The notes under the pieces are model-generated. The model saw only the letters and a list, made by a program, of their open reading frames with translations. It made no database searches and was not told the origin of the DNA. 64,000 nucleotides of DNA. Origin: Arenicellales bacterium (GTDB taxonomy: Bacteria > Pseudomonadota > Gammaproteobacteria > Arenicellales > JAJDZL01). The translations under genes were made by a program, and so were the position numbers. The number at the start of each line of letters is the position of its first letter. Positions within the stretch are counted from its first letter, which is position 1. Positions 20,332 through 30,813 of the stretch are shown one piece after another. Location of the stretch: assembly GCA_965202855.1 (NCBI GenBank), contig CBDBBP010000004.1:1107213-1171212 (forward strand), written 5' to 3'.

Positions 20332-20760
20332 GTTTCTCCAGCAGATTTATGCTTTGCGCTGGAACGTGGAAGTTTATTTCAAGGAGGCGAAGAAAAACTT
20401 GGGCTTTTGTCCGAACAGACCCGCAGCTTCATTTCGTTCGTGGCATCGGCGCATCTTTGTCCGGTTCAGCACCTGATGCTCACCTACGCCAGTTCCAGTG
20501 ACGCGGGCGGTAGTCTGTGCGAAATCCGAGAACAGTTCAAAGACCAACTTAATCAGTTCAGCCTGGCGTGCCGGCTGTGGTATTCTTTCCTCGCGTTGAT
20601 GGGACGCGTAATTGATCAAATGAACATACTGTCCGAAAATCGTGTCAACCAGCTGACCCACACCGTGAACCGGGCGCTTGAACAATTTTTCGAACAGAGT
20701 CTGCAACTGGACGTGGCAACCATGCGATTGGAGCATGATTCAGTGCCCTTACCTCAGTAA
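20332..20760 (+). pseudogene. frameshifted C-terminal fragment of an IS4-superfamily transposase
   Basis: IYALRWNVEVYFKEAKKNLGF (Y-x2-R-W-x-V/I-E motif) appears in one frame. The reading continues in the next frame as SEQTRSFISFVASAHLCPVQHLML. It starts immediately after the frc stop codon and has no N-terminal half. Confidence 0.65.
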
Positions 20761-20992
20761 TTTAATGCGATTTTGAAATCCGAAACTTTAGGCAGCTATT
20801 GCTCTCGGTATAAAATTTGCAGTTTTTTCTTCCATAGCCAGCTGCACAATCACCCAAACAGTTCATTCTAGACTCAATTGATTCTTCCCCACTATATTAG
20901 ATTAGAGAATGTCTGCACAGAATCAGGGTAGTTTCAGCAACTGAAAAGTATTACATTGAGTCTGTAAGTTAAAACCGAAAAAAATTACAAAA

Positions 20993-22303
20993 GTGTCGTC
21001 AAGCATCAATCTCGGACAGGAAGAATTCCTCCCAATTGACAAAGTCGAAAGAGTGCAGCAGCATAATTGGGATGTTCAACGACAGCATGTTCTAAATAAT
21101 TCTTCGTTTTTTCAGCGACTTTGGAGCTCTGCCAAAGTACCGAACAATCTGAAAGATCTCCACAGATTACCTCTCTGTGATAAACCAATGCTAAGGGAGT
21201 CGCAGAAAATTTCCCCTCCATTTGGTGAATATCTAGCCGCGAATATCAATGATGTGGTTCGCTTTCATCGCACGTCAGGTTCTACCGGACATGAAGTGAA
21301 TATCGCACAGACTCAATTCGACGCAGAACAAACTGCGCGAGTTGGAGGAAGAAGCCATCGCGCTTGCGGACTTAAACCCAATCATTTGGTCATCCACTGT
21401 TTGAATTATCAAATTTGGATGGGTGGAGTGACAGATCATTTGTCTCTAGAGGCCGTCGGCGCAACAGTAATACCGTTTGGAATTGGAAATCGCAAGTTGC
21501 TGATAGAAACGATTTTAGAGCTTGGAGTCAATGCAATACACTCGACGCCATCCTATCCAGCGGTCCTGGAACAATCAATTGCAGAACACTTTTCTAATTT
21601 ATCACCTCGTGATTTGGGGCTCGAACTTGCACTGTTTGGAGGTGAAGCTGGCCTTGATGACATGGGATTTCGCAGGAGACTGAAAAATACGTGGGGATAT
21701 GCTGTAAGAAACGCCAACTATGGAGTTTCAGACGTCTTTAGCAATTTCGCTGGACAATGTGAATTCAGCAATGATCTGCATTTTGTCGGCCACGACGTTC
21801 TTTATCCAGAAGTAATTGATCCGAACACCTTGGAGCCACTACCTTGGGAAGAAGGAAGCCAGGGGGAACTGGTGTTGACACATTTGGCGCGTAGAGCACA
21901 GCCACTGGTTCGTTTTCGTACGAACGACTCCATCGTGATTACAGAAACCGATGTTTGTGCCTGCGGGCGTACAACGGCCAGATTTAGAGTGTTGGGCAGA
22001 ACCGACGACATGATCGTAATTCGAGGCGTAAACGTATTCCCCGCTGCCATTGGAGGTGTTCTGAATGAATTCAGGCAACTGTCAGGTGAATTTCGGATTC
22101 GGTTGAAAGGAATAGCGCCGAATCATCAAGTTCGGGTCGTAGCAGAATTGAAAGACGATGTTCAGACTACAGAAACCTTAATAGCACAAATCGAGAAGGC
22201 GATAAAATTTTCACTTCGGGTTTCAGTGCGCGTAGTTCTTGTGCCACCTCAATCCCTACCTAGAACAGAGGGAAAAACTAAACATTTGATTCGAGAAAAT
22301 TAA
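20993..22303 (+). CDS. phenylacetate-CoA ligase (PaaK)/coenzyme F390 synthetase-family adenylate-forming enzyme
   Basis: 436 aa with AMP-binding motif FHRTSGSTGHEV and PaaK-like size and layout. Non-ATG start in the ORF track. Confidence 0.75.
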   Translation: MSSSINLGQEEFLPIDKVERVQQHNWDVQRQHVLNNSSFFQRLWSSAKVPNNLKDLHRLPLCDKPMLRESQKISPPFGEYLAANINDVVRFHRTSGSTGHEVNIAQTQFDAEQTARVGGRSHRACGLKPNHLVIHCLNYQIWMGGVTDHLSLEAVGATVIPFGIGNRKLLIETILELGVNAIHSTPSYPAVLEQSIAEHFSNLSPRDLGLELALFGGEAGLDDMGFRRRLKNTWGYAVRNANYGVSDVFSNFAGQCEFSNDLHFVGHDVLYPEVIDPNTLEPLPWEEGSQGELVLTHLARRAQPLVRFRTNDSIVITETDVCACGRTTARFRVLGRTDDMIVIRGVNVFPAAIGGVLNEFRQLSGEFRIRLKGIAPNHQVRVVAELKDDVQTTETLIAQIEKAIKFSLRVSVRVVLVPPQSLPRTEGKTKHLIREN

Positions 22304-22305
22304 GC

Positions 22306-23061
22306 ATGAACGATACTGTATTGAGCTCTGTTCGAAGAAAAGTCTGCACGATCACTTTGAATCGTCCCGAACGATTGAATGCACTCAATTCCGAACTGCT
22401 GCTAGCGTTTCGAATTGCTCTGGATGCAGCTAATTCTAGCGATGATGTGGGAGCCATCTTACTTCGAGGTTCTGGAAGGGCGTTTTGTTCTGGGGACGAT
22501 CTGAAAGATTTTGAGGCACAATCGAATACAAAAGAAGAATCTCAAGTATTTATCGAATCAATTCAGGACATTACAAGGCGAATTGTGCTTGGGAAAAAGA
22601 TTGTTGTTGGCTCAATTCATGGTTGGGCCGTTGGCGGAGGGCTTGAATGGGCAATCAATTGTGATCTAGCGGTATTTGCAGACAATACTCAGTGCTTCTT
22701 TCCTGAACTAAAGTGGGGAATGTTTCCAACAGGTGGTGTAACTTCGCTGCTGCCGCGAATAGTTGGGTTAGTGAAAGCGAAAGAACTGATGTTGCTCGGT
22801 GAAGTGTTTGATGCTTCTGAAGCAAAGGAGATGGGTCTGGCTTGGAAAGTCGTCCCTGAATCCGAAGTGTATGACGTTGCACATCGGACAGCAGAGTATA
22901 TTGCGGGATTGCCAGAGCACTCGGTTCAAACACTCAAGTGCGTTTTGAACGCAACGCATCAACTTGATCTCGAGCAGACAATGAAACTGGAAACGGATGC
23001 AACAGTGGAGAGTTTTCTCAATCCTGAAACATTGAAGCGCGTAAAGACCTTCGATTCATAG
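22306..23061 (+). CDS. enoyl-CoA hydratase/isomerase (crotonase) family protein
   Basis: 251 aa with RAFCSGDDLKDF and GWAVGGGLEWAINCDL oxyanion-hole segments. It starts 3 nt after the ligase stop. Confidence 0.88.
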   Translation: MNDTVLSSVRRKVCTITLNRPERLNALNSELLLAFRIALDAANSSDDVGAILLRGSGRAFCSGDDLKDFEAQSNTKEESQVFIESIQDITRRIVLGKKIVVGSIHGWAVGGGLEWAINCDLAVFADNTQCFFPELKWGMFPTGGVTSLLPRIVGLVKAKELMLLGEVFDASEAKEMGLAWKVVPESEVYDVAHRTAEYIAGLPEHSVQTLKCVLNATHQLDLEQTMKLETDATVESFLNPETLKRVKTFDS

Positions 23062-23439
23062 ACGCTCTCGATTGACGTTGAATTTTGCGCATTTGTTTCT
23101 TGTCAACCTAAATTTCTACAGAACGGCAGAACCAATCGTTTATCCGGTATCAGTTCGAGACAATGCTCGATGATGGCGCTACTGACTGAGATTGATGCGG
23201 ATTCGAACTGTGACCGTAACGTTTTCGCTGCAGATCGCATATATTCACTTTATCTGAATCTCAGTTCAAATATATTTCCGGCATCTGAGCACGACAATCG
23301 GATATACGAATTGCCCTGTACAGAACCGCTGTAAATCAGCACGAAAGCATTGTCCCCGACTATAATAAATCTCTCCCAATTGCCTATCAACAAACACTCG
23401 TTCAGTAATATTATTTTCAACTGACCGAATTGCTGATCT

Positions 23440-23530
<91 letters not shown>

Positions 23531-24106
23531 CAGTATTTCAATGAGCTATTGTTTCAATTGGAATATTTTGTAAAATATTTTATGGAATCAATAGTTTATA
23601 TGTCGAATATGGTGTTCTGAATTGTGTGTCAGAGGTGTGGTTCAAGCTAGTCGTGACCGTACGAACGCGAGTGTGAACCTCCACGCTGGAGCGCAAAATC
23701 TCTGAATCCGCTTGTGAGGGGGAAATGTGTCTAGAACCGTAAAACCGCATAATGGGGCCGCGAGCCGAAGCCATAGGAGCGGGAGGACTCAAGAAGTCCC
23801 GCTGGGCCGCGGTAGCAGCTATCTCGTAGAATTTCTGCGTTTCTATCGGCTAGGCCTCGATGAATTGGAGCCTCTAAACAGCAGAAACAGGACAAGGTCA
23901 GTTCCAACAGACATTGGCTGCTTTGCAATAGCACTGTTCTCATCGACAACACTGTACGGGACATTTTCGCTCAGGCTTTGCGTCCTGAATCACCTCACTG
24001 CCTGGGAGCATGTCAGCGAGAAGCTCCACACTGTGGAGCGATTGGGAGCAGACGCCGCGTCCCATCGGATACGGTAGAAAAGGCAGTTCCAAGACAAGAA
24101 CGAAAA

Positions 24107-25750
24107 TTGAGATTCAACCGCTTTCGCTACGGCTTCGAGACCTTTCTTGGCGATCTGTCGGGAGCACTGACAGCAACCGTAGTGTCGTTGCCGTTCGCGC
24201 TCGCCTTCGGCGTCGCTTCAGGCTTGGGGGCAGCTGCCGGACTCTACGGTTCGATCGCAGTCGGCTTCTTTGCAGCCGCCTTCGGCGGTTCACGCACTGT
24301 GATTTCGGGGCCTGCACCTTCGGTGACCGTCGCCATGGCGGTGATCGTAACGACACACGCCACCAGTCTTTCCGAAGCCTTCACAGTAGTTGTGATGGGA
24401 GGACTGATTCAAATCCTCCTAGGTCTGTCCGGGCTAGGCCGCTTCGTTGCCTACACACCGTATGTCGTCATGTCGGGAGTTATGTCAGGGATCGGCTTAA
24501 TCATCGTGCTCGTGCAAATTGCACCGTTCTTCGGCTCACCCGCGGTACCAGGAGGCGCCATTCCTTCGCTGTGGGCAATACCACAGGCCATCACTAACTT
24601 TGAACCGCACGCCGTCCTGATCGCCGCCGCCACCTTGGCAACCGTAGTGCTGTGGCCTGGCAGACTTGCCAGGTTGCTGCCACCACCTCTCGTCGCACTA
24701 GTCGCAGGATCGCTCCTCGGTGTCCTATGGCTGACCGACGCGCCAACCATCGGGTCGATCCCTAGCGCATTGCCGAAAATTCAATTGGCGGCACCTTCGG
24801 TCGAGTTCGTAGTCAGTGCGATTGAACCCGCTCTCATCCTTGCTCTGCTGGGTTCGATCGACAGCCTTCTCGCCTGCATGGTCGCCGATTCGCTTACCGG
24901 CACACGACACGATGCAAATCGCGAATTGTCCGCCCAAGGTTTCGGTAACGTGGTTGCAGGACTGGTCGGGGGACTTCCAGGTGCAGGGGCTTCTGTCAGT
25001 ACCGCGACCAACATTCGAGCGGGCGGCCTGACGCGCGTGTCAGGTGTTTTGAGAGCCTTGTTCTTGCTCGCACTGGTATTGGGTTTTGGACATTTGGTCG
25101 AACCGATTCCCCACGCGGTTCTGGCAGCGATCCTGTTAAAGGTTGGCTGGAGCCTCATTGACTGGGATTTGCTCGGACGGGCGCGCCACCTCAGACGGGA
25201 GCACTTGATTGTCATTCTGACGACCTTGGCTCTGACGGTGTTTGTCGATCTTATAACTGCAGTTGCCGTAGGACTGATCGTCGCCGGCATGGCCCATGCG
25301 CGAAAGCTGGAACACTTCGAACTGGAAAGCGTAATTTCAATTCCGCTTCGCGATCGTACCTTTTTTGCTGACCATGACGACATGGCTCGCGCTGACCCCT
25401 ACTCGGCGAGAGTCGGACTAGTGGCGCTCAAGGGAGGATTCACCGTTGCGTCCTCCAAAAAGCTCGTGGACGTTATAGGCGCGGATATCAAGGACCACGA
25501 AGTCGTCATATTCGATTTCTCCGGTACCACTTACCTGGACGATAGCGCCGCGAAACTGATTGGAGAACTGCTTGACATTGCGAAAGAGCAGCGTACCCGT
25601 TTCATTCTCATAGGCTTTTCGGACGCTGTAGCACAGACACTGTTTGCATTCGGTGTCTTGCAGCGCATACCTGAAGGCTGCGTGGTAGAAACCATGGAAC
25701 ATGCGCGGGAGGCAGCTTATAGGTTCGTTGCGGAGGAGCGGAAGGGATGA
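24107..25750 (+). CDS. SulP-family anion transporter with C-terminal STAS domain
   Basis: The ORF is open from 23978. TTG at 24107 gives (M)RFNRFRYGFETFLGDLSGALTATVVSLPFALAFG, the usual SulP N-terminus. A polytopic core is followed by a STAS-like tail (VVIFDFSGTTYLDDSAAKLIGEL). It is markedly more GC-rich than the flanks. Confidence 0.85.
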   Translation: MRFNRFRYGFETFLGDLSGALTATVVSLPFALAFGVASGLGAAAGLYGSIAVGFFAAAFGGSRTVISGPAPSVTVAMAVIVTTHATSLSEAFTVVVMGGLIQILLGLSGLGRFVAYTPYVVMSGVMSGIGLIIVLVQIAPFFGSPAVPGGAIPSLWAIPQAITNFEPHAVLIAAATLATVVLWPGRLARLLPPPLVALVAGSLLGVLWLTDAPTIGSIPSALPKIQLAAPSVEFVVSAIEPALILALLGSIDSLLACMVADSLTGTRHDANRELSAQGFGNVVAGLVGGLPGAGASVSTATNIRAGGLTRVSGVLRALFLLALVLGFGHLVEPIPHAVLAAILLKVGWSLIDWDLLGRARHLRREHLIVILTTLALTVFVDLITAVAVGLIVAGMAHARKLEHFELESVISIPLRDRTFFADHDDMARADPYSARVGLVALKGGFTVASSKKLVDVIGADIKDHEVVIFDFSGTTYLDDSAAKLIGELLDIAKEQRTRFILIGFSDAVAQTLFAFGVLQRIPEGCVVETMEHAREAAYRFVAEERKG

Positions 25751-26282
25751 TCTGCTCGTTTGCGTCCAAACCACGTCGGACCGTGTTCGAGCGCAGCCAT
25801 AAGAGATCAGTGTCTGCAGTTGTCTTCGTTGGCGAACAGGGCAACATGCAGTACGAATTGAACGATTAGCACCGACTCGCCGTTGCGTGCAGGAATGTTT
25901 TTCGCTGACAAAAAAAGTGTCGCATCATCTCGAAAATGGCAGCGGATAAAGTAAAAATTCTTACTGTACGCACGATACAGAACTTATCTGACTTCAAACA
26001 TACAATTATTCACTTGACACAAATTTCTGACAAAATTTGTAAAGCCAAGAAATGGTTTAATAGACTTTCGTCGCGGCAAAAGGTACACACGAAACCATTG
26101 TTCGCCCTCTCCACCGGAAAAAATGTTCAATCCTCATTTTTCGCCAGTAGTTCATTATTGATCCAAACGATAGAACGACTTTGCAAAAATTTGAATCAAA
26201 CTTGAAACATATTAACAATGGTGCTAATGTTTCGATTAGTGTATTAATATATTTCTCATATATTCATTTAGTTGATTCCGTT

Positions 26283-27044
26283 ATGGCCAAATCACTTTCT
26301 CTGAAGTCCTATTGGACGTTGACGAATTATGCACTAGCACATATGACCTGTCTCATCCGTAATCCTCCGAGAGGCATTTTGGACAATGAAATCAGGCAAT
26401 CGCTGCTTTGTCACCCTCTAGTCGGATTGACTATTGGCATCCACATTTTCTGGTTGCAATATGTACTGCATTTGTTTGACGCGGTGTTGGTCGCCGCGGT
26501 TCTACTGCTTGTTTGGGTTTGGCTTACACGATTAGCCCATATTTCCGGCTTCGTAAATTCCGTACAGAGCTGGTTTGATTTGAATCGTCCTCTTTCCTTC
26601 AGTTCTGGGGAACAAGAACAAGACACAAATTTCAGCTGGCAGCCTACGGTCGCAATAATTTTACTGCTGATAATCAAATTTACAGGACTAGTCCAAGCTA
26701 CTGCAACCGAAAACTTCGGAGCAATTTTTATTGCTTGTGTAGTTGCAAGAACAATTCCCGTCGGACTTTTGGCATTTGCAGCTTATGACTCAAGTTCAAC
26801 GTTTGCTGGCTTGGCAAAAGTCGAAATTTCAAAAAGAAATTCATTGATTTGTGTGTCAGCCGCTGTGGTGCTAACGATCTTGTTGGCTTGGCATTGGGCA
26901 ATCGTGATTATTGGGATTTGCGCAGCCGGCGCTTTTCTCGTCTACTACGTTTTTAAGAAAAGAAAGAAAAAGGTCTCGGGTGACCATTGCAACGCGATGA
27001 TTGAAATTTCCGAAGCAGTGGTTCTGTGGACAGCTGTTTTATGA
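26283..27044 (+). CDS. divergent CobS-like (adenosylcobinamide-GDP ribazoletransferase family) membrane protein
   Basis: The ORF is open from 26181. ATG at 26283 gives ~253 aa, the normal CobS size. Polytopic. The C-terminal SGDHCNAMIEISEAVVLW resembles the CobS TGD..GA.IE tail. The central Asp-rich catalytic segment looks degenerate (LAHISGFVNSV). Confidence 0.5.
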   Translation: MAKSLSLKSYWTLTNYALAHMTCLIRNPPRGILDNEIRQSLLCHPLVGLTIGIHIFWLQYVLHLFDAVLVAAVLLLVWVWLTRLAHISGFVNSVQSWFDLNRPLSFSSGEQEQDTNFSWQPTVAIILLLIIKFTGLVQATATENFGAIFIACVVARTIPVGLLAFAAYDSSSTFAGLAKVEISKRNSLICVSAAVVLTILLAWHWAIVIIGICAAGAFLVYYVFKKRKKKVSGDHCNAMIEISEAVVLWTAVL

Positions 27045-27097
27045 CCGAATAGGATTCAGATAAAACGATCCTTGATTGGACCGTTGTAAATAATAAA

Positions 27098-27188
27098 TGG
27101 CGGAGAGGGTGGGATTCGAACCCACGTGGGGCTTGCGCCCCCAACGGATTTCGAGTCCGCGCCGTTATGGCCGCTTCGGTACCTCTCC
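27098..27188 (-). tRNA. tRNA-Ser (anticodon CGA)
   Basis: The reverse complement is GGAGAGGTACCGAAGCGGCCATAACGGCGCGGACTCGAAATCCGTTGGGGGCGCAAGCCCCACGTGGGTTCGAATCCCACCCTCTCCGCCA. It has anticodon loop CTCGAAA, a long variable arm and CCA. Confidence 0.93.
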
Positions 27189-27273
27189 TCCTAGCTGTTT
27201 GGGGTTCCGCGAATTAATTGAACTGGTTGAATACCAACGACTGGCCTCATATCCTCCAATGCTTTTCTTAATT

Positions 27274-27735
27274 TTAACGTTTCCGACGAAAAAAAATTTG
27301 AATCAATTCCCTGCAATCCTCCTCTAACACTGCACTGACTACCTCACATCGATGGTTCAATTTTTTGTGATTCAATAAGTTCATTAGTGAATCAACCGCA
27401 CCCGCTTTTGCGTCCGCTGCTCCGTAGACCAAAGTAGCAAGCCGTGCCTGGACAATAGCGCCCGCACACATCGCACAGGGTTCAATCGTCACATACATGG
27501 TTGCTGCGGGCATTCGATGATTGCCGAGTTGGGAAGCAGCATTTCTCAAGGCTACAATTTCTGCGTGCGCAGTAGGGTCACAATCTGTAATCGTTCGATT
27601 AAAACCTTTCCCTACGATTTTATTATCTACTATCACCACAGCTCCAATTGGAACCTCGTCCATTTCAAATGCTGTTTGCGCTAACTTCAGCGCCTCGCGC
27701 ATCCAATGCTCGTACTCATTTACCGGAACGCCCAT
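27274..27735 (-). CDS. tadA: tRNA-specific adenosine deaminase
   Basis: 153 aa with zinc-deaminase motifs HAEIVALR and PCAMCAGA. Confidence 0.93.
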   Translation of the reverse strand: MGVPVNEYEHWMREALKLAQTAFEMDEVPIGAVVIVDNKIVGKGFNRTITDCDPTAHAEIVALRNAASQLGNHRMPAATMYVTIEPCAMCAGAIVQARLATLVYGAADAKAGAVDSLMNLLNHKKLNHRCEVVSAVLEEDCRELIQIFFRRKR

Positions 27736-27819
27736 TTGAAATTTCTGCTGCGATTTCCAGAATTTGAGGTGACAGTTGATCAGAGATTTTTCTCTAGTAT
27801 TATTTTTGACAATCGTCGA

Positions 27820-28716
27820 TTAGTTTCGACGCCATAGCACTGGAAACCAATCCTCTCGCATTCGATCACCAAGCCTCAAGCCCATATCCCCCAAGGGAGG
27901 CGATGTCTCGATGTTTCGCTCACAGTAAACTACATCATCTCCTAACCAACGAGTCGAAAACGCACGACGGCGACTCAGCACTTCATCAGACTTCGTTCCA
28001 TGCACTGTCCGAAAATCGAACGCAATGCAGTCACCCGGCTCTAATTCCCAAGTTAGAAGTTCATACTCTGCAGGCTGAATGTTCGGCACTGACTCCAGAT
28101 ATTCACCCTGTGCGACAAAGTTAGCGCTGTCTTGAAACGCGACTGGATGAAACAGCTTGCCCCACCGGTGCGAACCTTTTACAAATCTGACGGCAACATT
28201 TGCTGGAGTTTGATCAAGTGCAATATACAGACTGACGGTTTGATTGCCATCAACACAGTAATACGGTAAATCTTGATGCCAGGGTGTTTCTTGTTGTGTG
28301 CCAGGTTCCTTACAAAATGTATGTTCGTGAAAGAATTGAGCTGTCTGTGCCTGCATCAACTGTCCGGCTATAGAAGCTGCAGAGGATTGAGTTACGTACT
28401 CAAAATATTCTGGAATCAGCAGCCAGTTGCAATAACTGTCAAAAAATCGGCCTTGATTGCCTGCGGGAACACTGTCACAAGGAAAAGCATAGTCATTTGG
28501 GGAATCGAGATTTCTCTGCAACCCTCGCCGAAGTGGCTTTATCCAGTCTCGAAATACTCCTCGAATTAGCACTGCTCCATCCTCCTGATATTTTTTGACG
28601 AGGTCATGCGAGCACAGCCACGACGGCATGACTGAAAGGTCAATTTCGGGCACACCGTGCGGTATCCAATCTACAGTTGGTTGATTTCCAGATTGTTTTT
28701 GATCTGATGTGTTCAT
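27820..28716 (-). CDS. phytanoyl-CoA dioxygenase (PhyH) family Fe(II)/2-oxoglutarate oxygenase
   Basis: WHQDLPYY (H-x-D) and a distal TVHGT histidine. The ORF is open to 28836, but ATG at 28716 (MNTSDQK...) avoids an implausible leader. The start is uncertain. Confidence 0.7.
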   Translation of the reverse strand: MNTSDQKQSGNQPTVDWIPHGVPEIDLSVMPSWLCSHDLVKKYQEDGAVLIRGVFRDWIKPLRRGLQRNLDSPNDYAFPCDSVPAGNQGRFFDSYCNWLLIPEYFEYVTQSSAASIAGQLMQAQTAQFFHEHTFCKEPGTQQETPWHQDLPYYCVDGNQTVSLYIALDQTPANVAVRFVKGSHRWGKLFHPVAFQDSANFVAQGEYLESVPNIQPAEYELLTWELEPGDCIAFDFRTVHGTKSDEVLSRRRAFSTRWLGDDVVYCERNIETSPPLGDMGLRLGDRMREDWFPVLWRRN

Positions 28717-28900
28717 GTAAATGATCTCAACTGCCTTGAAATGAGACGAGAAAAAATGCAAATAATCCATGATACTTGATGAAAAATCTAAACAGCGCAC
28801 TGATTTGTCGTTCCTTGATCCCGCGGCCATGCCCATCGAATTTCTTGATTCAACGAAAGTGTATAATTGGCCTAGAAAGTCTTTCTAACTTTTTCACAAC

Positions 28901-30808
28901 TTGATCCTCCCAATAATTTTGGTCTCCAGTTACAGCGCATCTGATATCGAAGTCCTTGTCGGTCTTGAGCCGGTCCAAAAAAGGCCGGGCATGTATACCC
29001 AAACCGACAATCCAAACCATTTAGCACAAGAAGTCATTGACAACGGTGTGGATGAAGTAATTTCCGGTCACGCATCAGAAATCACCGTGACTCTGCACGA
29101 AGATTGCTCCTTAAGCGTTTTGGACGATGGTAGAGGCATACCGGTCGATATTCATCAGGATGAAATGATTCCAGCGGTTGAATTAATCATGACAAGGTTA
29201 CATTCAGGCGCAAAATTTTCCTCTAAAAATTACCGACACTCAGGCGGACTGCATGGAGTTGGAGTTTCTGTTGTCAATGCCTTGTCAAAACGTCTTGTTG
29301 TTGAGATCATGCGTGGTGGACAGCTGCATCGAATCGAATTTGTGAATGGTGACGTCAGTCAGCCGCTAACGATTATCGGTGACGTCGCAAAGAGGTGTAC
29401 AGGCACAAAAATTCGATTTTGGCCAAATCCCAAATATTTTGATTCGATTGACTTTGATATCAGGAAATTAAAGCAGCTGATGATTGCAAAAGCCGTGCTA
29501 TGCACTGGTTTACAGCTGAATTATGTCGATAAAACCGACCCCAAAAAAAATGAAAGCTGGCAATTCGAGGAAGGCCTGCAGAACTATCTTCATGACCAGC
29601 TAAACGGAAGTTCAGCCATTCCGGAACTGCCTTTTGTTTTTCACCAAAATTTAGAAGAAACGGTCGTCGATTGCGCAATTACCTGGACTCCCGCATCAAG
29701 TCAAGTCATCGCAAAAAGCTTTGTCAATCTAATTCCTACGCCGCAGGGAGGCACGCACGTAAATGGGTTTCGAATCGGCATCGCGAATGCCCTGAGAGAG
29801 TTTTGCGAGTTTCGAAATCTTACTCCGAAAGCAATCAAAATTTCAGTTGACGACGTTTGGCGCCAGTGTAATTTCATTCTTTCCGTTCGTATGGACAACC
29901 CCCAGTTTCAAGGTCAAACCAAGGAACGGCTATCGACAAGAAGAATAGGCAAAATCCTTGCCAACATGACCAAAAACGTCATCAGTCTATGGTTGAATCA
30001 ACAGGTAACAGTTGCCGAACAAATCGCTAAACTGGCGATAGCCAATGCGCGTCAGCGTAAGTTAGCCAGTCAGTCGGTAAAAAGGCGAAAAACCGTGCTC
30101 GGTCCCGCATTGCCCGGCAAACTAGCAGACTGCACCAGTACTGAATTACAGGAAACAGAGCTGTTTCTTGTCGAAGGCGATTCTGCGGGCGGCTCAGCAA
30201 AACAGGCGCGCAACAAAGAAACGCAAGCGATTTTGCCATTGCGTGGAAAAATTCTCAACACTTGGGAAATTGGCTCGGAGCGTGTCCTTGCTTCAGCCGA
30301 AGTCAATTCAATCGCTGTAGCGCTTGGAGTCGACCCCGGATCATCAGAAGTCAATGGACTGCGTTATGGAAAAGTTTGCATACTAGCTGATGCCGATTCG
30401 GACGGAGCCCACATTGCGACTCTTCTATGCGCTCTTTTCGTCCGACATTTTCGAGTGCTTGTCGCTGCTGGACATGTCCATGTCGCAATGCCTCCGTTAT
30501 ACCGAATTGACTCTGGCAAGGATGTGCACTATGCGTTGGATGATGATGAACTGGAACAATTGAAGCGGCAGCTGAAATCTGCAAAGAGAAACACCAAGAT
30601 TACAGTACAGCGCTTTAAAGGACTCGGAGAAATGAATCCATCTCAGTTGAAGGAAACAACGATGGACCCTTCTTCCCGTCGACTGGTTCGGCTTGAAATT
30701 AATGGAACTGCGACAGTCGACAAAAAACTAGACATGCTGCTCGCCAAGAAAAAAGCCGGGGCTCGAAAGCTTTGGTTGACAAGATATGGTGACCAAGCCA
30801 TTATCTGA
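28901..30808 (+). CDS. parE: DNA topoisomerase IV subunit B
   Basis: Colinear with Par[32 protein letters not shown], Toprim [24 protein letters not shown]. About 630 aa without the GyrB insertion. Followed by parC. Non-ATG start (TTG at 28901 or 28919). Confidence 0.93.
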   Translation: MILPIILVSSYSASDIEVLVGLEPVQKRPGMYTQTDNPNHLAQEVIDNGVDEVISGHASEITVTLHEDCSLSVLDDGRGIPVDIHQDEMIPAVELIMTRLHSGAKFSSKNYRHSGGLHGVGVSVVNALSKRLVVEIMRGGQLHRIEFVNGDVSQPLTIIGDVAKRCTGTKIRFWPNPKYFDSIDFDIRKLKQLMIAKAVLCTGLQLNYVDKTDPKKNESWQFEEGLQNYLHDQLNGSSAIPELPFVFHQNLEETVVDCAITWTPASSQVIAKSFVNLIPTPQGGTHVNGFRIGIANALREFCEFRNLTPKAIKISVDDVWRQCNFILSVRMDNPQFQGQTKERLSTRRIGKILANMTKNVISLWLNQQVTVAEQIAKLAIANARQRKLASQSVKRRKTVLGPALPGKLADCTSTELQETELFLVEGDSAGGSAKQARNKETQAILPLRGKILNTWEIGSERVLASAEVNSIAVALGVDPGSSEVNGLRYGKVCILADADSDGAHIATLLCALFVRHFRVLVAAGHVHVAMPPLYRIDSGKDVHYALDDDELEQLKRQLKSAKRNTKITVQRFKGLGEMNPSQLKETTMDPSSRRLVRLEINGTATVDKKLDMLLAKKKAGARKLWLTRYGDQAII

Positions 30809-30813
30809 CAGCA

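Noticed and set aside
23620-23980. Possible group II intron 5' fragment in the GC-rich segment after tRNA-Ser(GGA)
   Set aside because: A few short strings are reminiscent of intron domain I, but there is no GUGYG 5' end, no domain V (catalytic AGC stem), and no reverse-transcriptase ORF. This is not supportable from the sequence alone.
24010-25383. Long alternative-frame and antisense ORFs inside the SulP gene (24010-24597 +, 24781-25383 -, 24114-24356 -, 24451-24750 -)
   Set aside because: They have Arg/Ser/Pro-rich low-complexity translations, typical of off-frame reading of GC-rich DNA. The SulP frame has a coherent polytopic transporter and STAS architecture.
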